DNA of 64,000 nucleotides from Deltaproteobacteria bacterium (GCA_030272815.1 JAJSZT010000007.1:31319-95318); one strand, 5' to 3'; counted from the stretch's first letter, positions 46,207 to 56,205 are shown. The notes: generated from the letters alone by a model not told the origin. Program-made: numbers and translations.

Positions 46207-47464
46207 GCGCGAGTGCTATGTTTACATTGTGCCGCCTGACTCGACGGAATTCGTTACAGCAGGGCGATTCAATGTGTTCCTGACTCCTGATGGTGAGCCG
46301 GTAGGACAGTTCCTTTACGGGCGGCGCTATCTTGAACGTAATGATGCGGTCGAGCTCGATCCCGTAGAGTTACGCCTTCGCAGGGGGCCATACGAAACAG
46401 CGCGGATGGAAGGCTTTTTCGGCGCGATCCGTGATTCCATGCCTGATTTCTGGGGAAGGCGTGTCATTGAACGAAACACCGGCCACACGCAGCTCGAAGA
46501 GTTCGATTACCTGATGTACGGCCCGGATGACCGGGCGGGTGCGCTGGGGTTCGGCTTGAATGTACAACCACCGGCCACACAGAGCCGGTTTAACCGCACT
46601 CTTGATCTGGAATTTATACAGGCCGCAGCCGACGCCATCATCAATGATGATATGAACCTTGAGGGCTCGGCCGCCAGACAGGTCGAGGAACTCATGTTGA
46701 TCGGCACCTCACTTGGAGGTGCCCGGCCCAAAGCTGTGGTGGAGCACAGGCAGGGCTTGTGGATTGCCAAGTTTGGCCGGCATGACGACCGCTGGAACCA
46801 TCCCCGTGTAGAGCACGGAATGTTGAATCTTGCCGAAGCCTGTGGGCTTACCGTGGCTGACAGCGATATCACAAAGGTTGGCGGACGAGACGTTCTGTTA
46901 GTGCGCCGTTTCGACCGCGATCGAACGGAAGATAGTTACCGGCGCCACCGCATGGTCAGCGCGCTGACCATGTTGCAAAGCGATGACAACTCGGCAGCCC
47001 GGCGGGACTGGTCCTACATTTTGCTTGCAGATGAAATCCGGCGTGTGAGTATGAAACCGGAAGCCGATCTTCGCGAGCTGTTCGCCAGAATGTGCTTTAA
47101 CGCGGCAGTATCCAACCTGGACGATCATCCACGCAATCATGCCATTCTGGCAAAAGGCCGGAACTGGCGACTAAGCCCTGCATTTGACCTGACCCCCACG
47201 CCCATGATCGCCGTGGAAAGGCGCAATCTTGCTATGGCGTGTGGCAGCGTCGGGTGCTATGCCAACCGCAAGAATCTTCTGAGCCAACATGGCCGCTTCC
47301 TGTTATCCGAAGAAGACGCGACAGCCTTTCTCGATCACATCGTTGAGACTGTGCGAAACGCATGGCGGCCTACCATGCGACGGGCGGGCGTCAGCCGTGC
47401 CGACTGCGAAGCCATCTCTACTGCCTTCCTTTACGAAGGATTTTTTTACGAAGAAGCGGTATAG
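46196..47464 (+). CDS. hipA: HipA-family serine/threonine kinase toxin
   Basis: HipA N-terminal coupling region, GGARPKA, and catalytic SNLDDHPRNHA. The gene is GC-rich relative to its flanks. Confidence 0.85.
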   Translation: MTSERECYVYIVPPDSTEFVTAGRFNVFLTPDGEPVGQFLYGRRYLERNDAVELDPVELRLRRGPYETARMEGFFGAIRDSMPDFWGRRVIERNTGHTQLEEFDYLMYGPDDRAGALGFGLNVQPPATQSRFNRTLDLEFIQAAADAIINDDMNLEGSAARQVEELMLIGTSLGGARPKAVVEHRQGLWIAKFGRHDDRWNHPRVEHGMLNLAEACGLTVADSDITKVGGRDVLLVRRFDRDRTEDSYRRHRMVSALTMLQSDDNSAARRDWSYILLADEIRRVSMKPEADLRELFARMCFNAAVSNLDDHPRNHAILAKGRNWRLSPAFDLTPTPMIAVERRNLAMACGSVGCYANRKNLLSQHGRFLLSEEDATAFLDHIVETVRNAWRPTMRRAGVSRADCEAISTAFLYEGFFYEEAV

Positions 47465-47481
47465 ATGGTCGTTTCCCCAAA

Positions 47482-47973
47482 CCATGCCTTCCAGCCTATC
47501 GGCCGAATGTGAAGGTCAGAGAACAAACGCATCCAAAATTTTACTGGTTTGACTCTGGCGTTGCAAGAGCAGCCGCTGGTCTTCTTTTCGAGCCCGTTGA
47601 CAGGCTTTGGAAAGGTACGGCGCTGGAAAACATGATTTACCACGAATTAAGAGTCTATAATCTTACCCAAAACAAGAACCGACAGATATCTTTCTATCGT
47701 ACAGGCAGCGGGGTGGAAATCGATTTTGTGATTGAAATCCGGAAACGGCAAGCATCCTCTAATGCTCACATTGTTTGCCTGGAAGTAAAACTGGCGGAAA
47801 AATGGGATAGGAAATGGGAACGCCCTATGCGTTCGCTGAGCAACTCTGACCGTATCCATGTAGACAGGATGATTGGTATTTACATGGGCAAAAGAGCATA
47901 TCATTTTGACGGCTTAGACGTTCTGTCCCCGGAGGATTTCCTGAAACGGTTGCACCAGGGGGATGTTTTTTAG
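47482..47973 (+). pseudogene. 5'-truncated AAA ATPase (C-terminal DUF4143-type fragment)
   Basis: LPAYRPNVKVREQTHPKFYWFDSGVARAAAG...FYRTGSGVEIDFVI matches the C-terminal half of DUF4143 ATPases. The Walker region is absent. The ORF-track N-terminus overlaps hipA and is not credible. Confidence 0.6.
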
Positions 47974-48240
47974 TGTCCTGTCATCTATATAATGTCGCAA
48001 AAATGACCGTCATTCCTGCGGAAGCGGGAATCCACGGGATAAACTCCAGCGAGAATCAAGAAGCGCCGAAGCAGCCGGAAACAAGAGGATATAGGATGTC
48101 TCTTAAGCCCAAACTGCTTGCGTCCCCCAATGCTCCTCAATTATTATTTCTTACGATGATAATATTTTATTGAGACCTTGCTGACTTGTGGTTGCATAAA
48201 ATCCTTGACACAATGTATATGTTTCGGATATACACACTTC

Positions 48241-48543
48241 ATGGATGAGATCAATATTCTTGGTGAATGTTCAGGTTTTGAATGGGATGAAGGCAATTTT
48301 CTCAAGAACTGGGAAAAACATAGTGTAACTGCCTCAGAATGTGAACAAATCTTTTTCAATCATCCTCTTGTGAGCGGGAAGGATTTAAAACACTCCAAAC
48401 AAGAGTATCGGTATTACGCTTTAGGCCATACTGATGGTGGAAGGCATTTGTTTGTGGTGTTTACGATTCGAAACAGGCTCATCCGAGTAATCTCTGCCAG
48501 AGATATGAATCGAAAAGAAAGAAAGGTTTATGAAAGCTTATGA
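48241..48543 (+). CDS. brnT: BrnT-family (DUF497) toxin
   Basis: FEWDEGNFLKNWEKHSV...LFVVFTIRNRLIRVISARDMNRKERKVY. Confidence 0.8.
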   Translation: MDEINILGECSGFEWDEGNFLKNWEKHSVTASECEQIFFNHPLVSGKDLKHSKQEYRYYALGHTDGGRHLFVVFTIRNRLIRVISARDMNRKERKVYESL

Positions 48544-48815
48544 AAAAAATAATTCCAAAATTCAAATCTGAGGATAAAGAACGTAATTTTTGGGCAACTG
48601 CCGATTCAACCGAATATATTGATTGGGAAGAAGCCAGGAGAACTGTTCTTCCCAACCTGAAACCTTCCCTCAAAAAAATCTCCTTGCGCTTACCTGAATT
48701 GATGCTTGAAGAACTCAAGGCGTTAGCCAATAAACGTGACATCCCATATCAATCGCTAATGAAAATGTTTTTGGCTGAGCGCATCGAACATGAGTTGAAA
48801 TCGGCAAGCCGTTGA
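48540..48815 (+). CDS. brnA: BrnA-family antitoxin (RHH)
   Basis: 4-nt overlap with brnT. KKISLRLPELMLEELKALANKRDIPYQSLMKMFLAERI. Confidence 0.8.
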   Translation: MKKIIPKFKSEDKERNFWATADSTEYIDWEEARRTVLPNLKPSLKKISLRLPELMLEELKALANKRDIPYQSLMKMFLAERIEHELKSASR

Positions 48816-48908
48816 CAAGGTATATCAAACGCATCAACACGGACTGAATCAGATAACAGGTTTGCGGTTCATTTTTGATAATATGTCCGAAGAAAAGAAT
48901 TTAATAAA

Positions 48909-48990
48909 CCAGAAAAAAATATATGTCTGCGATCTCCGTAAAAGACCAAAAATAAAATGAGAAACGCGTAAAATCATGGGCGCCCCGCTG
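48909..48990. repeat. ~83-bp inverted repeat, family E (left copy), bounding the R-M/defence block
   Basis: Its reverse complement CAGCGGGGCGCCCATGATTTTACGCGTTTCTCATTTTATTTTTGG...ACGGAGATCGCAGACATATATTTTTTTCTGG matches 60316-60398, with 3 substitutions and two T-run indels. Confidence 0.85.
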
Positions 48991-49101
48991 TACGCTAATA
49001 TCGAATTCCAAAGATTCATGTCTTATCCCAATGATTCGAATTTATCTTGGCACGAGGAACGATTTGTTAGCCCTTTTCCTCATTTCTTAACCCCTCCCAA
49101 T

Positions 49102-51951
49102 TTACGCCGTAGCCACGGATGGCGAAGGCGTATTCTTTATGCATTGCTTAACTTTACTCTCAATATCCGATGGTTCAAAAGAAACATCCCAATGCCATTT
49201 GCCAAAGCCGCCTTGTTCATTAACTGCCTTTATCCATTCATTTAGATATTCTCGTTTTGTTTGGTTTTGCTGACTATCTTTACCTTTTGTTTCAATGACC
49301 ATGTATTCGCCGTTTGCCAGCCTGATAATAAAGTCGGGATAATATTTTCTTATGACTCCTTTGTGATTATATAGAATTGTAAATCCTAAATGATCATTTT
49401 TTACAAAGGATGTGACTAAATCTGATTTTTCAAGGAAATATGCTTCCGCAGCTTCCCATCCGCTGTCATATACGCAATGGCTGATATGTGATTTTTCAAT
49501 CCATTCGCAAGGTTTACTCGTAAACCAGGTTCTTACACCGGATGTTGACCTGATTGGATTTTCCTTGTCAAAAACAGGAGTTAATTTTTCAGTATTTTCA
49601 ACTCGTATTTCTGACCAGATGTGCTGAATGATTTTATTCATGTTGAGAATCATCAATATCTTCTTTTTTGAATCATCCTGATGAAATAACTCATGTTTGA
49701 TTGTGATTTTATTCGACTGAATAAACTCTTCAACAATTCTTACAACCTGTGCAAGAAATATTTCCTTGCTTCCTTTCCAATCCGGTCGTTTTTCTGAATT
49801 ATATATTGTAGAAGCAATCCTGAAAACTATTGTCTGTACTCTTGTGTCTTCTGCTATTTTTTCCAGACCAATTGCAGCTTTAACTGCCTTGTTTGGTTTT
49901 CCGGAAATAATCGCAGCCAAATCTGCCTCTGTAATAGACTCGTAAGGGTCTATCTCTAAAATCTTAACCTTGTCCCAATCCATTTTTAGCACTGGTCGAT
50001 ATACATGATCTATTCTGAGAATGTTCGGCCATGTAATTTCATGTTTTGATTTTTCTTTTACAGGCTCTATTTTTGTTTTTGGCGGTGGAGGTGGAGGCGG
50101 TGGCCCGTCACCTCCTTCATGTGGCAGGAATGTAAATGGAACACCGAATATATTAACATATTCCGGTTGAAATAAACCATCATCGCCTGCATCATAACTC
50201 ACTCTTCGGAGTCCACGCCCAACGACCTGCTCGCATAATAGCTGACTGGAAAAAGCTCTTAGTCCCATGATATGAGTTACTGTCCTGACATCCCATCCCT
50301 CTGAAAGCATACCCACAGAAATTATATTTTGAATCTGTTCGCCCGGTTTGCCCTCTCTGCCAATAGTATCAACAGTTTGACGTAATAACTCAGCTTGCTG
50401 TTTTTTTGTAAGTTTTGGGAGAATTTTTTCATTTTCTTCCCCGGCAACCACATTTATTTCAACAGTCTCTGTTTCTGATTCAGCTTCATTCAGTATCTTA
50501 CTGTCTATTTGCAGAGTTTTATCTGCATCACACAGTTCGGGGATTAATATCTGGTTATGGTCAAAAGCATATTTTATTCGTGCCGAAGTTTCAGTTCTAT
50601 TTGCAACAGTAATCATCACAGGCGGCACTTTATGACCAACATCCACCCATTCATTTCTGGTTTCCTGCCAGTCTTTTCCTAAAAGATAGTATGCGTTTAT
50701 CAATAAATCCGGAAGAGGTTCTGTTTCATCTGCTTTATGATTAATATTATCTTTTACTTCATCATCGGCATAAATATGATAAAGTCGTGATTTGAGTTCT
50801 TTGGTCACGATACTATCATCACGAACGACAACTCGAGGTGTTTTTACCAGCCCCGATTCAATGGCATCATTCAATCCAAAATCAGAGACAATCCATGTAA
50901 ACAAGGCTTCTTCTGCTGATTTTTTACCGGATGGTGTAAACGGAGTGGCAGAAAGGTCAAAGCAGCGCAGAATCCCTCTTTGTTCATGTATTCTGTCTAA
51001 GCCTCCGACCCAGATTGTAGCTTCTTCCGCACTGTCTTTTTCTGAACCGGTTCGCTTATATTTTCCGATTGCTTCCGGGTTCATACGCCATGCGTGGTGT
51101 GCTTCATCGTTAATCACAAGAATGTTCCGTGAATTAGCCATATCGCCCAAAACCTGCCGGACATAAGCCACGCCGCTTATTTCTGTCCGCTTTCTTTTGT
51201 CCACAGACCGCAAATGACCTTTTTTGATTTTTACATCAAGTTTTTCTTGGGTATCCCATGCCAGCGTATGCCAGTTTTGTATCAGCACTTTGCCTTGTCG
51301 GAGTTTGTCCATCAAAGATGCCGGTACGATATTAAACTCTTTATAGTAGTTTTCAGAGTGAGTTGGCTGTAATACCTGCAACCTGCTTTTTACTGTCAAA
51401 CCAGGAGCTACAACAAGAGCATTTTTACTGAACCGCGCATCGGTCGGGCTGGTTACTTTATTCAAAAAATTCCAGGCAATAATCATGGACATAATAATTG
51501 TCTTTCCCGAACCCGTGGCCATTTTACTGCACCAGCGTTCAAAAGCGCCGCCATCTCCATGAATATTTATGCCGACTTTTTCAGCAGCAGGAGCTTCAAT
51601 CAGCCAGATAAGCGTTTCAATCGCCTCCAACTGGCAAAAGAAAAATCTGCGGTCTTTGCGTTCCTCCGGGTTTTGCCAATGGTCTAATAATCTTTTGGTG
51701 ATACCGGTTACTCCGGGATAACCGGCTTCCCGCCATTTTTTAACTCTTGGTCGGATTTTATTGACCAATTCAATTTCTACAGGAATTCCCGGATCGTCAA
51801 ATGCTTGCGCGTTTGGTGTGGCCATGACATAACCCGCAGGTCTTCTGCCTTCTTTAATATTAAAATCTCCGTTTTTCCTGTCGTAAGACCAATGCTGTTT
51901 TGGCTCTTTGTAAGGGCTGTTTATAATCAGCTTGTCAATATTTTTTGCCAT
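49102..51951 (-). CDS. res: Type III restriction enzyme Res subunit (SF2 helicase plus C-terminal PD-(D/E)xK nuclease)
   Basis: Walker A MATGSGKT, DEAH box VINDEAHHAW, helicase C motifs (SEGWD, QVVGRGLRR) and the C-terminal YYPDFII...MVIETKGKD. It also has a P8 linker. Confidence 0.85.
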   Translation of the reverse strand: MAKNIDKLIINSPYKEPKQHWSYDRKNGDFNIKEGRRPAGYVMATPNAQAFDDPGIPVEIELVNKIRPRVKKWREAGYPGVTGITKRLLDHWQNPEERKDRRFFFCQLEAIETLIWLIEAPAAEKVGINIHGDGGAFERWCSKMATGSGKTIIMSMIIAWNFLNKVTSPTDARFSKNALVVAPGLTVKSRLQVLQPTHSENYYKEFNIVPASLMDKLRQGKVLIQNWHTLAWDTQEKLDVKIKKGHLRSVDKRKRTEISGVAYVRQVLGDMANSRNILVINDEAHHAWRMNPEAIGKYKRTGSEKDSAEEATIWVGGLDRIHEQRGILRCFDLSATPFTPSGKKSAEEALFTWIVSDFGLNDAIESGLVKTPRVVVRDDSIVTKELKSRLYHIYADDEVKDNINHKADETEPLPDLLINAYYLLGKDWQETRNEWVDVGHKVPPVMITVANRTETSARIKYAFDHNQILIPELCDADKTLQIDSKILNEAESETETVEINVVAGEENEKILPKLTKKQQAELLRQTVDTIGREGKPGEQIQNIISVGMLSEGWDVRTVTHIMGLRAFSSQLLCEQVVGRGLRRVSYDAGDDGLFQPEYVNIFGVPFTFLPHEGGDGPPPPPPPPKTKIEPVKEKSKHEITWPNILRIDHVYRPVLKMDWDKVKILEIDPYESITEADLAAIISGKPNKAVKAAIGLEKIAEDTRVQTIVFRIASTIYNSEKRPDWKGSKEIFLAQVVRIVEEFIQSNKITIKHELFHQDDSKKKILMILNMNKIIQHIWSEIRVENTEKLTPVFDKENPIRSTSGVRTWFTSKPCEWIEKSHISHCVYDSGWEAAEAYFLEKSDLVTSFVKNDHLGFTILYNHKGVIRKYYPDFIIRLANGEYMVIETKGKDSQQNQTKREYLNEWIKAVNEQGGFGKWHWDVSFEPSDIESKVKQCIKNTPSPSVATA

Positions 51952-51954
51952 CTG

Positions 51955-52467
51955 TTATATCCTTATACCAAGACGATCCAGCATTGTTACAAATTTGATC
52001 CACTCAACGCCTTGTTCATTACAAATCAGAGGAATCTTGTAATCTTTTTTCTTTTTCGGCTTTTGAGTTTGCTCTTCTTCATAAGTTACAACAATTTTCT
52101 TTTTTACTTTTGCGTAAGCAATTAAGGTAATATCATTTTGATTAGCGCCTTTTGGATTATTATTTGTTTCATATTCTTTCTCTAAATCCAAAGAAACAGC
52201 ATTTATTTCATCAGTAATCAGCTTTGCGTCAAGATGATTATCTATCATCCAGACACGCAGTGGATATTTTTCTCTTTTTTTGTTCTTTGGCAGTTTTTTA
52301 TCTGCCGTTGAAATGGGGTCAATCTCATCAAAGACAGGTTTGATCAAAACAAGATCATTTCGGTATTGTGCAAGGTGTTCCCATAAAGATGGAAACACCT
52401 TCATGGGATAGCTGCTGTTCCAGGCAGTGATAAAAATATTGGCATCAAGGCAATATTGACCACTCAT
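51955..52467 (-). CDS. DUF4411-like (PIN-like) protein
   Basis: The N-terminus YCLDANIFITAWNSSYPMKVFPSLWEHL is typical of DUF4411. The gene has a 4-nt overlap with the upstream ImmA/IrrE gene. Confidence 0.6.
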   Translation of the reverse strand: MSGQYCLDANIFITAWNSSYPMKVFPSLWEHLAQYRNDLVLIKPVFDEIDPISTADKKLPKNKKREKYPLRVWMIDNHLDAKLITDEINAVSLDLEKEYETNNNPKGANQNDITLIAYAKVKKKIVVTYEEEQTQKPKKKKDYKIPLICNEQGVEWIKFVTMLDRLGIRI

Positions 52468-53606
52468 AATTGCCTGCCTATCTCTAAAACATAAGGAACG
52501 CGCTTTAAATCAAATGCTTGACAAAGTTTATGTAACCCAAATTCCTTGTTGTGATATGCCTGAAAAAGGGCATTCGCGTAAATATGTCCGTATTGATTAA
52601 GCACTTCCTGTGGACGGTTTCTGGAAGGTCCGCCAGCACTTTCTTTAAGTTTCTTTTGCAACTTTCTATATTCAGCCTTTAATTGTGCTTCAAAATGTAG
52701 ATAATCGTCCTGATCAATTAGCCGCAATTGTCGGAGTCGCACCAGGCAGGCATAAGCACTGACCTGAAAATTACCGGCGATACTTTTTATCTCATCCAGA
52801 TCATCTATATTTATGTTGTGAATAGCGGTTTGAAACTGAGCAGCAGGCATTAATACATTGCCGGATAACTCGTCACACCATCTTTCAACCTGCTGGTGAT
52901 ACGCGGCGTCCCAGTCATCAATCGCACTTTCCTTTCTAAGCAGGTGTCCTAACTCATGAAACAGGGTGAATGATTGGGCCTTTTTTGCATCTGAATCATT
53001 GATAATGATGATCGGTAATTTCTGATGGTAAATGGCCAGCCCGCGAAACAGCGCTTTATCCACATGAGACCACCCCTTATACTTGCTGGTCATAAAAACA
53101 AAAATGTTTTTTTCTTCCAGCATTTCTTTCCATTTAGAAAACTTAAAACTCTCTTCTGTTATGTCTAACCAGTCACGCACCTGTTGCGCTGCAAAATCCG
53201 ACGCAGCATTTCTTTTCAACACCGGCGGATGAAAGGCAGTCACCGGTTCGCCCATATCTTCGCGCAGTTCTAAAATCAGCTCACGGAAACGGTCAACCCG
53301 AGCGATCAGGCTGCGAACATTATGTTCACTGAAAACATCTGCATTGCTGTCGGCAAACTGACGGAAGGCGGGTATTGCCTTATCAAGCTGATATTTTTCA
53401 GGAAGATGATCTGAAATAAATACCCAGCGAGGTACTTTATAAAGCTCCGCAAGAGTATCTAATTGTTTAAAGGTAGGTTTTTGATCTCCCTGCTCTATGA
53501 CAGCAATCTTTGCCACTTTTTTTGCAACGGCAGGAAGACTTAAACCAATCTGCTCACGGCATTGACGTAATATATCCTTATTTATATTTTCAACTCTTCC
53601 TGCCAT
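52464..53606 (-). CDS. XRE HTH + ImmA/IrrE (M78) zinc metallopeptidase fusion
   Basis: N-terminal HTH (LRQCREQIGLSLPAVAKKV) and the HEXXH motif FHELGHLL. Its start overlaps the mod stop (TAATG). Confidence 0.7.
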   Translation of the reverse strand: MAGRVENINKDILRQCREQIGLSLPAVAKKVAKIAVIEQGDQKPTFKQLDTLAELYKVPRWVFISDHLPEKYQLDKAIPAFRQFADSNADVFSEHNVRSLIARVDRFRELILELREDMGEPVTAFHPPVLKRNAASDFAAQQVRDWLDITEESFKFSKWKEMLEEKNIFVFMTSKYKGWSHVDKALFRGLAIYHQKLPIIIINDSDAKKAQSFTLFHELGHLLRKESAIDDWDAAYHQQVERWCDELSGNVLMPAAQFQTAIHNINIDDLDEIKSIAGNFQVSAYACLVRLRQLRLIDQDDYLHFEAQLKAEYRKLQKKLKESAGGPSRNRPQEVLNQYGHIYANALFQAYHNKEFGLHKLCQAFDLKRVPYVLEIGRQL

Positions 53607-55930
53607 TACTCCACCTTTATTACCCGCAGGGATTCAATCCCGCGATCATCAATGATTTTTACTGCAATTGTTTTGCCCGGCTCAAACTCAAGCGAGGTTG
53701 TGCCTTTAAAAGCTTCAATTTTTTCTTCGTCTATTTCAGCTTTTAAGTTCTTGGCCAGTTTTGTCCATCCGTCCTTTGCTCCTGCCATTGGGAAGAATAC
53801 CTGTGATGGAAAAAGCGACCGGTTGTCATAATCAGTATCCAGCATCCACATAGCGATATTCTTTTTTCCTCCGCTTTCCACATTGCCGGTTTTTGGATTG
53901 TAATAGTCAAAACCCATCACTTCCACCTGCACTTTGCCGTCTTTTTGTTTACGAACCTTTACATCAGGCTGACCGACCAGCCAGAAGCTTTCATTGCTTG
54001 ATCGTTTTTTACGCAGATCATCGGTAAACATATCCGCATTCATATGGGCTTTTAAGAGCTGCATGCCGGTAATTTCAGGAGTAAGTTCATCAATATCTTT
54101 GGCCGCTTCATCGTCAAACTGAAAAGCACAGAACAAAAGCATATCGGGATTTAAAGCACGGGCTTCCTGCCAGGCGTCTTCTACCTGTCTTTGTTCCAGC
54201 GGCGCATGTTCGGGGCCAAAGACAACTAATACTTTTTTGGGAACATCCTCTTTAGTTTCCGCTTCTGCTTGAATGAATTTTGTGCCTGAAAGCGGTTCAA
54301 CACGGGTGAACTGGATTATCTTTCCGCCTTTGGCTCTGACTCCGGTTCGTAATAATTCATCCCGCCATTCGCTTTGGCGGTGAGTTTCACCGGTGCGGGC
54401 AATGGAGGTGTCTGAACCGCTATCATCTTTTTCCAGTTCATCAAAACTTTTGGCATAAGGAGCAGGGACAGCTTCTACTGTAAATGGGCCGGTGATGCGG
54501 GTTTTCTTTTTATCAATAAAAGGCTGGTCGTAAAGTGTTTCCGTTGCCGGAGGTTCATTATTGGCAATGCTTTTGAGCGTAATATGCGGCACGGATTTGT
54601 ACTCAAAACCACTTCCGACACCTTCATCTGGATGAGCCAGTTTGTAGTAGGTAAAATTAGCTGTCATCAACCGTTGTTTGGCAAGTGTGAGAGCTACTCT
54701 TGAAGTGTCGCAGGTTATCCAGCGTCTGCCCCATTGCTCGGCAACATTAGCTGTTGTGCCGCTGCCGCAGGTTATATCTAAAACAAGGTCGCCAGGGTCA
54801 GTGGACATTAGGAGGCAACGTTTGACGACTAACAGTGAAGTTTGAACTACATAATCAAGTCTTGCAACTCCCATAGTGTCGTCCCATAAACTTCTCAATC
54901 CATTAACAGGAAAGTCATCAAAAAACCTAATATATTCTATCGTTTTCCCTGATTTTAATATTCTGCTATTACTGTTCAGATTTTTTAAACCGTCTATTGA
55001 TGTTTTCCAGTGGGCATTTTCATTTGGCTTATATTCCTTTCCATCAAACTCAAACAACTGTTCAGTATTAGATTTTCCTGATGATTGTAAACTCTGTTTC
55101 CTAAAAATTCTTGAATTTTTGGGTAAAATGTTTGGATTTATTATTTCCTGCTCTGTTAATTTCCTTATTGTTCCATCTGCAAGAAGCACATTTCTATACA
55201 TGCTGTCTTCTGCGACACTTTTCGAAACATACAAAGGATTATATTTTATATTTGATTTACTTTTTGAATACCAAATAAGGTAATCTGCAACATTAGCAAG
55301 AGTAAGTGTTGAGAATCCCCCTGTTTTTTTAAATGAAATCAAACTCACAAAATTCTCAACCCCAAACACCTCATCCATAATCTCCCGAACATGATGAACA
55401 TTCTCATCACTAATCTGCACAAACACACTACCGCTTTCATGTAGCATTTCACGAGCAAGCAGCATGCGATTCCGCAGATAAGTCAGATACGAATGAATGC
55501 CCAGCTCCCAAGTATCCCGAAAGGCTTTAATCATTTCCGGCTCGGCAGACAGGTCTTCGTCCTTACCGTCTGTTACATCCCGCTTATTCACAAATGGCTG
55601 AAAGTTACTGCCATATTTAATCCCATAAGGCGGGTCAAAATAAACCATTTGCACCTTGCCGGCCATGCCCTCTTTTTCCAGCAGAGAGTTCATCACCAGC
55701 AGGCTGTCCCCGGCAATCAGGCGGTTACTCCAGCCCTCTTTATGCTTGTAAAAATCAATGGCTTCCCGCAGGGGTTTTTGTTCAGTTTCAAAAAGCGACA
55801 TCTGCGCCGGCCCGGTCTTTTCTTTCGTTACCGTGTCAATAATGGTTTTCGGGTCTATTCGCTCATGAACATGCAGACTGACTGTCGGCACTTCAAAACT
55901 GGTGTGTTCCGCCTTGCCTGCCCACTGCAA
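53606..55930 (-). CDS. mod: Type III R-M Mod DNA methyltransferase (main reading frame, N-terminus disrupted)
   Basis: MVYFDPPYG motif IV and the SAM-binding DITCGSGTTA. The ORF-track start is a TTG inside the conserved ...DPHLDPQLQWAGK segment. Confidence 0.85.
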   Translation of the reverse strand: MQWAGKAEHTSFEVPTVSLHVHERIDPKTIIDTVTKEKTGPAQMSLFETEQKPLREAIDFYKHKEGWSNRLIAGDSLLVMNSLLEKEGMAGKVQMVYFDPPYGIKYGSNFQPFVNKRDVTDGKDEDLSAEPEMIKAFRDTWELGIHSYLTYLRNRMLLAREMLHESGSVFVQISDENVHHVREIMDEVFGVENFVSLISFKKTGGFSTLTLANVADYLIWYSKSKSNIKYNPLYVSKSVAEDSMYRNVLLADGTIRKLTEQEIINPNILPKNSRIFRKQSLQSSGKSNTEQLFEFDGKEYKPNENAHWKTSIDGLKNLNSNSRILKSGKTIEYIRFFDDFPVNGLRSLWDDTMGVARLDYVVQTSLLVVKRCLLMSTDPGDLVLDITCGSGTTANVAEQWGRRWITCDTSRVALTLAKQRLMTANFTYYKLAHPDEGVGSGFEYKSVPHITLKSIANNEPPATETLYDQPFIDKKKTRITGPFTVEAVPAPYAKSFDELEKDDSGSDTSIARTGETHRQSEWRDELLRTGVRAKGGKIIQFTRVEPLSGTKFIQAEAETKEDVPKKVLVVFGPEHAPLEQRQVEDAWQEARALNPDMLLFCAFQFDDEAAKDIDELTPEITGMQLLKAHMNADMFTDDLRKKRSSNESFWLVGQPDVKVRKQKDGKVQVEVMGFDYYNPKTGNVESGGKKNIAMWMLDTDYDNRSLFPSQVFFPMAGAKDGWTKLAKNLKAEIDEEKIEAFKGTTSLEFEPGKTIAVKIIDDRGIESLRVIKVE

Positions 55931-55955
55931 TTGCGGATCAAGGTGGGGGTCATAT

Positions 55956-56090
55956 TCATAGGTTTTCTTTTCCCCCTGTATCCGGGTCGCTCTTCGGCGT
56001 CACCAAACCCACCGGCGGGTTATTCGCCCGCTTTTTATTCGAGTGTTCGTACTGTTCAATCTGTTTTTCGGTTTTCTTTCTTTTTGCCAT
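55956..56090 (-). other. mod: Detached N-terminal 44-codon fragment of mod, in a different frame
   Basis: MAKRKKTEKQIEQYEHSNKKRANNPPVGLVTPKSDPDTGGKENL-stop. Deleting 1 nt in the G5/A4 run (55963-55976) would fuse it to ...KKTYEYDPHLDPQLQWAGK in the main frame. Confidence 0.7.
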
Positions 56091-56205
56091 TGTTTTCTCT
56101 TTATTCGTTCATTTCCCGTTTTTTTGATTGCCACGGGTGTCGATTGTAATTGGGCGATGTGTTTTTTGGGGCTAACGCTTTAATTTGTCAATGTTAATTT
56201 TTTTG

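Noticed and set aside
47362-47481. N-terminal 40 codons of ORF 47362-47973, overlapping the end of hipA
   Set aside because: This is out-of-frame overlap with a confidently called gene. Homology to DUF4143 ATPases starts only after the hipA stop.
48976-49245. ORF 48976-49245(+) and ORF 60329-60589(+), both starting inside the family E inverted repeats
   Set aside because: The starts are supplied by the repeat sequence. One ORF runs antisense into res. Neither has motifs or an RBS.
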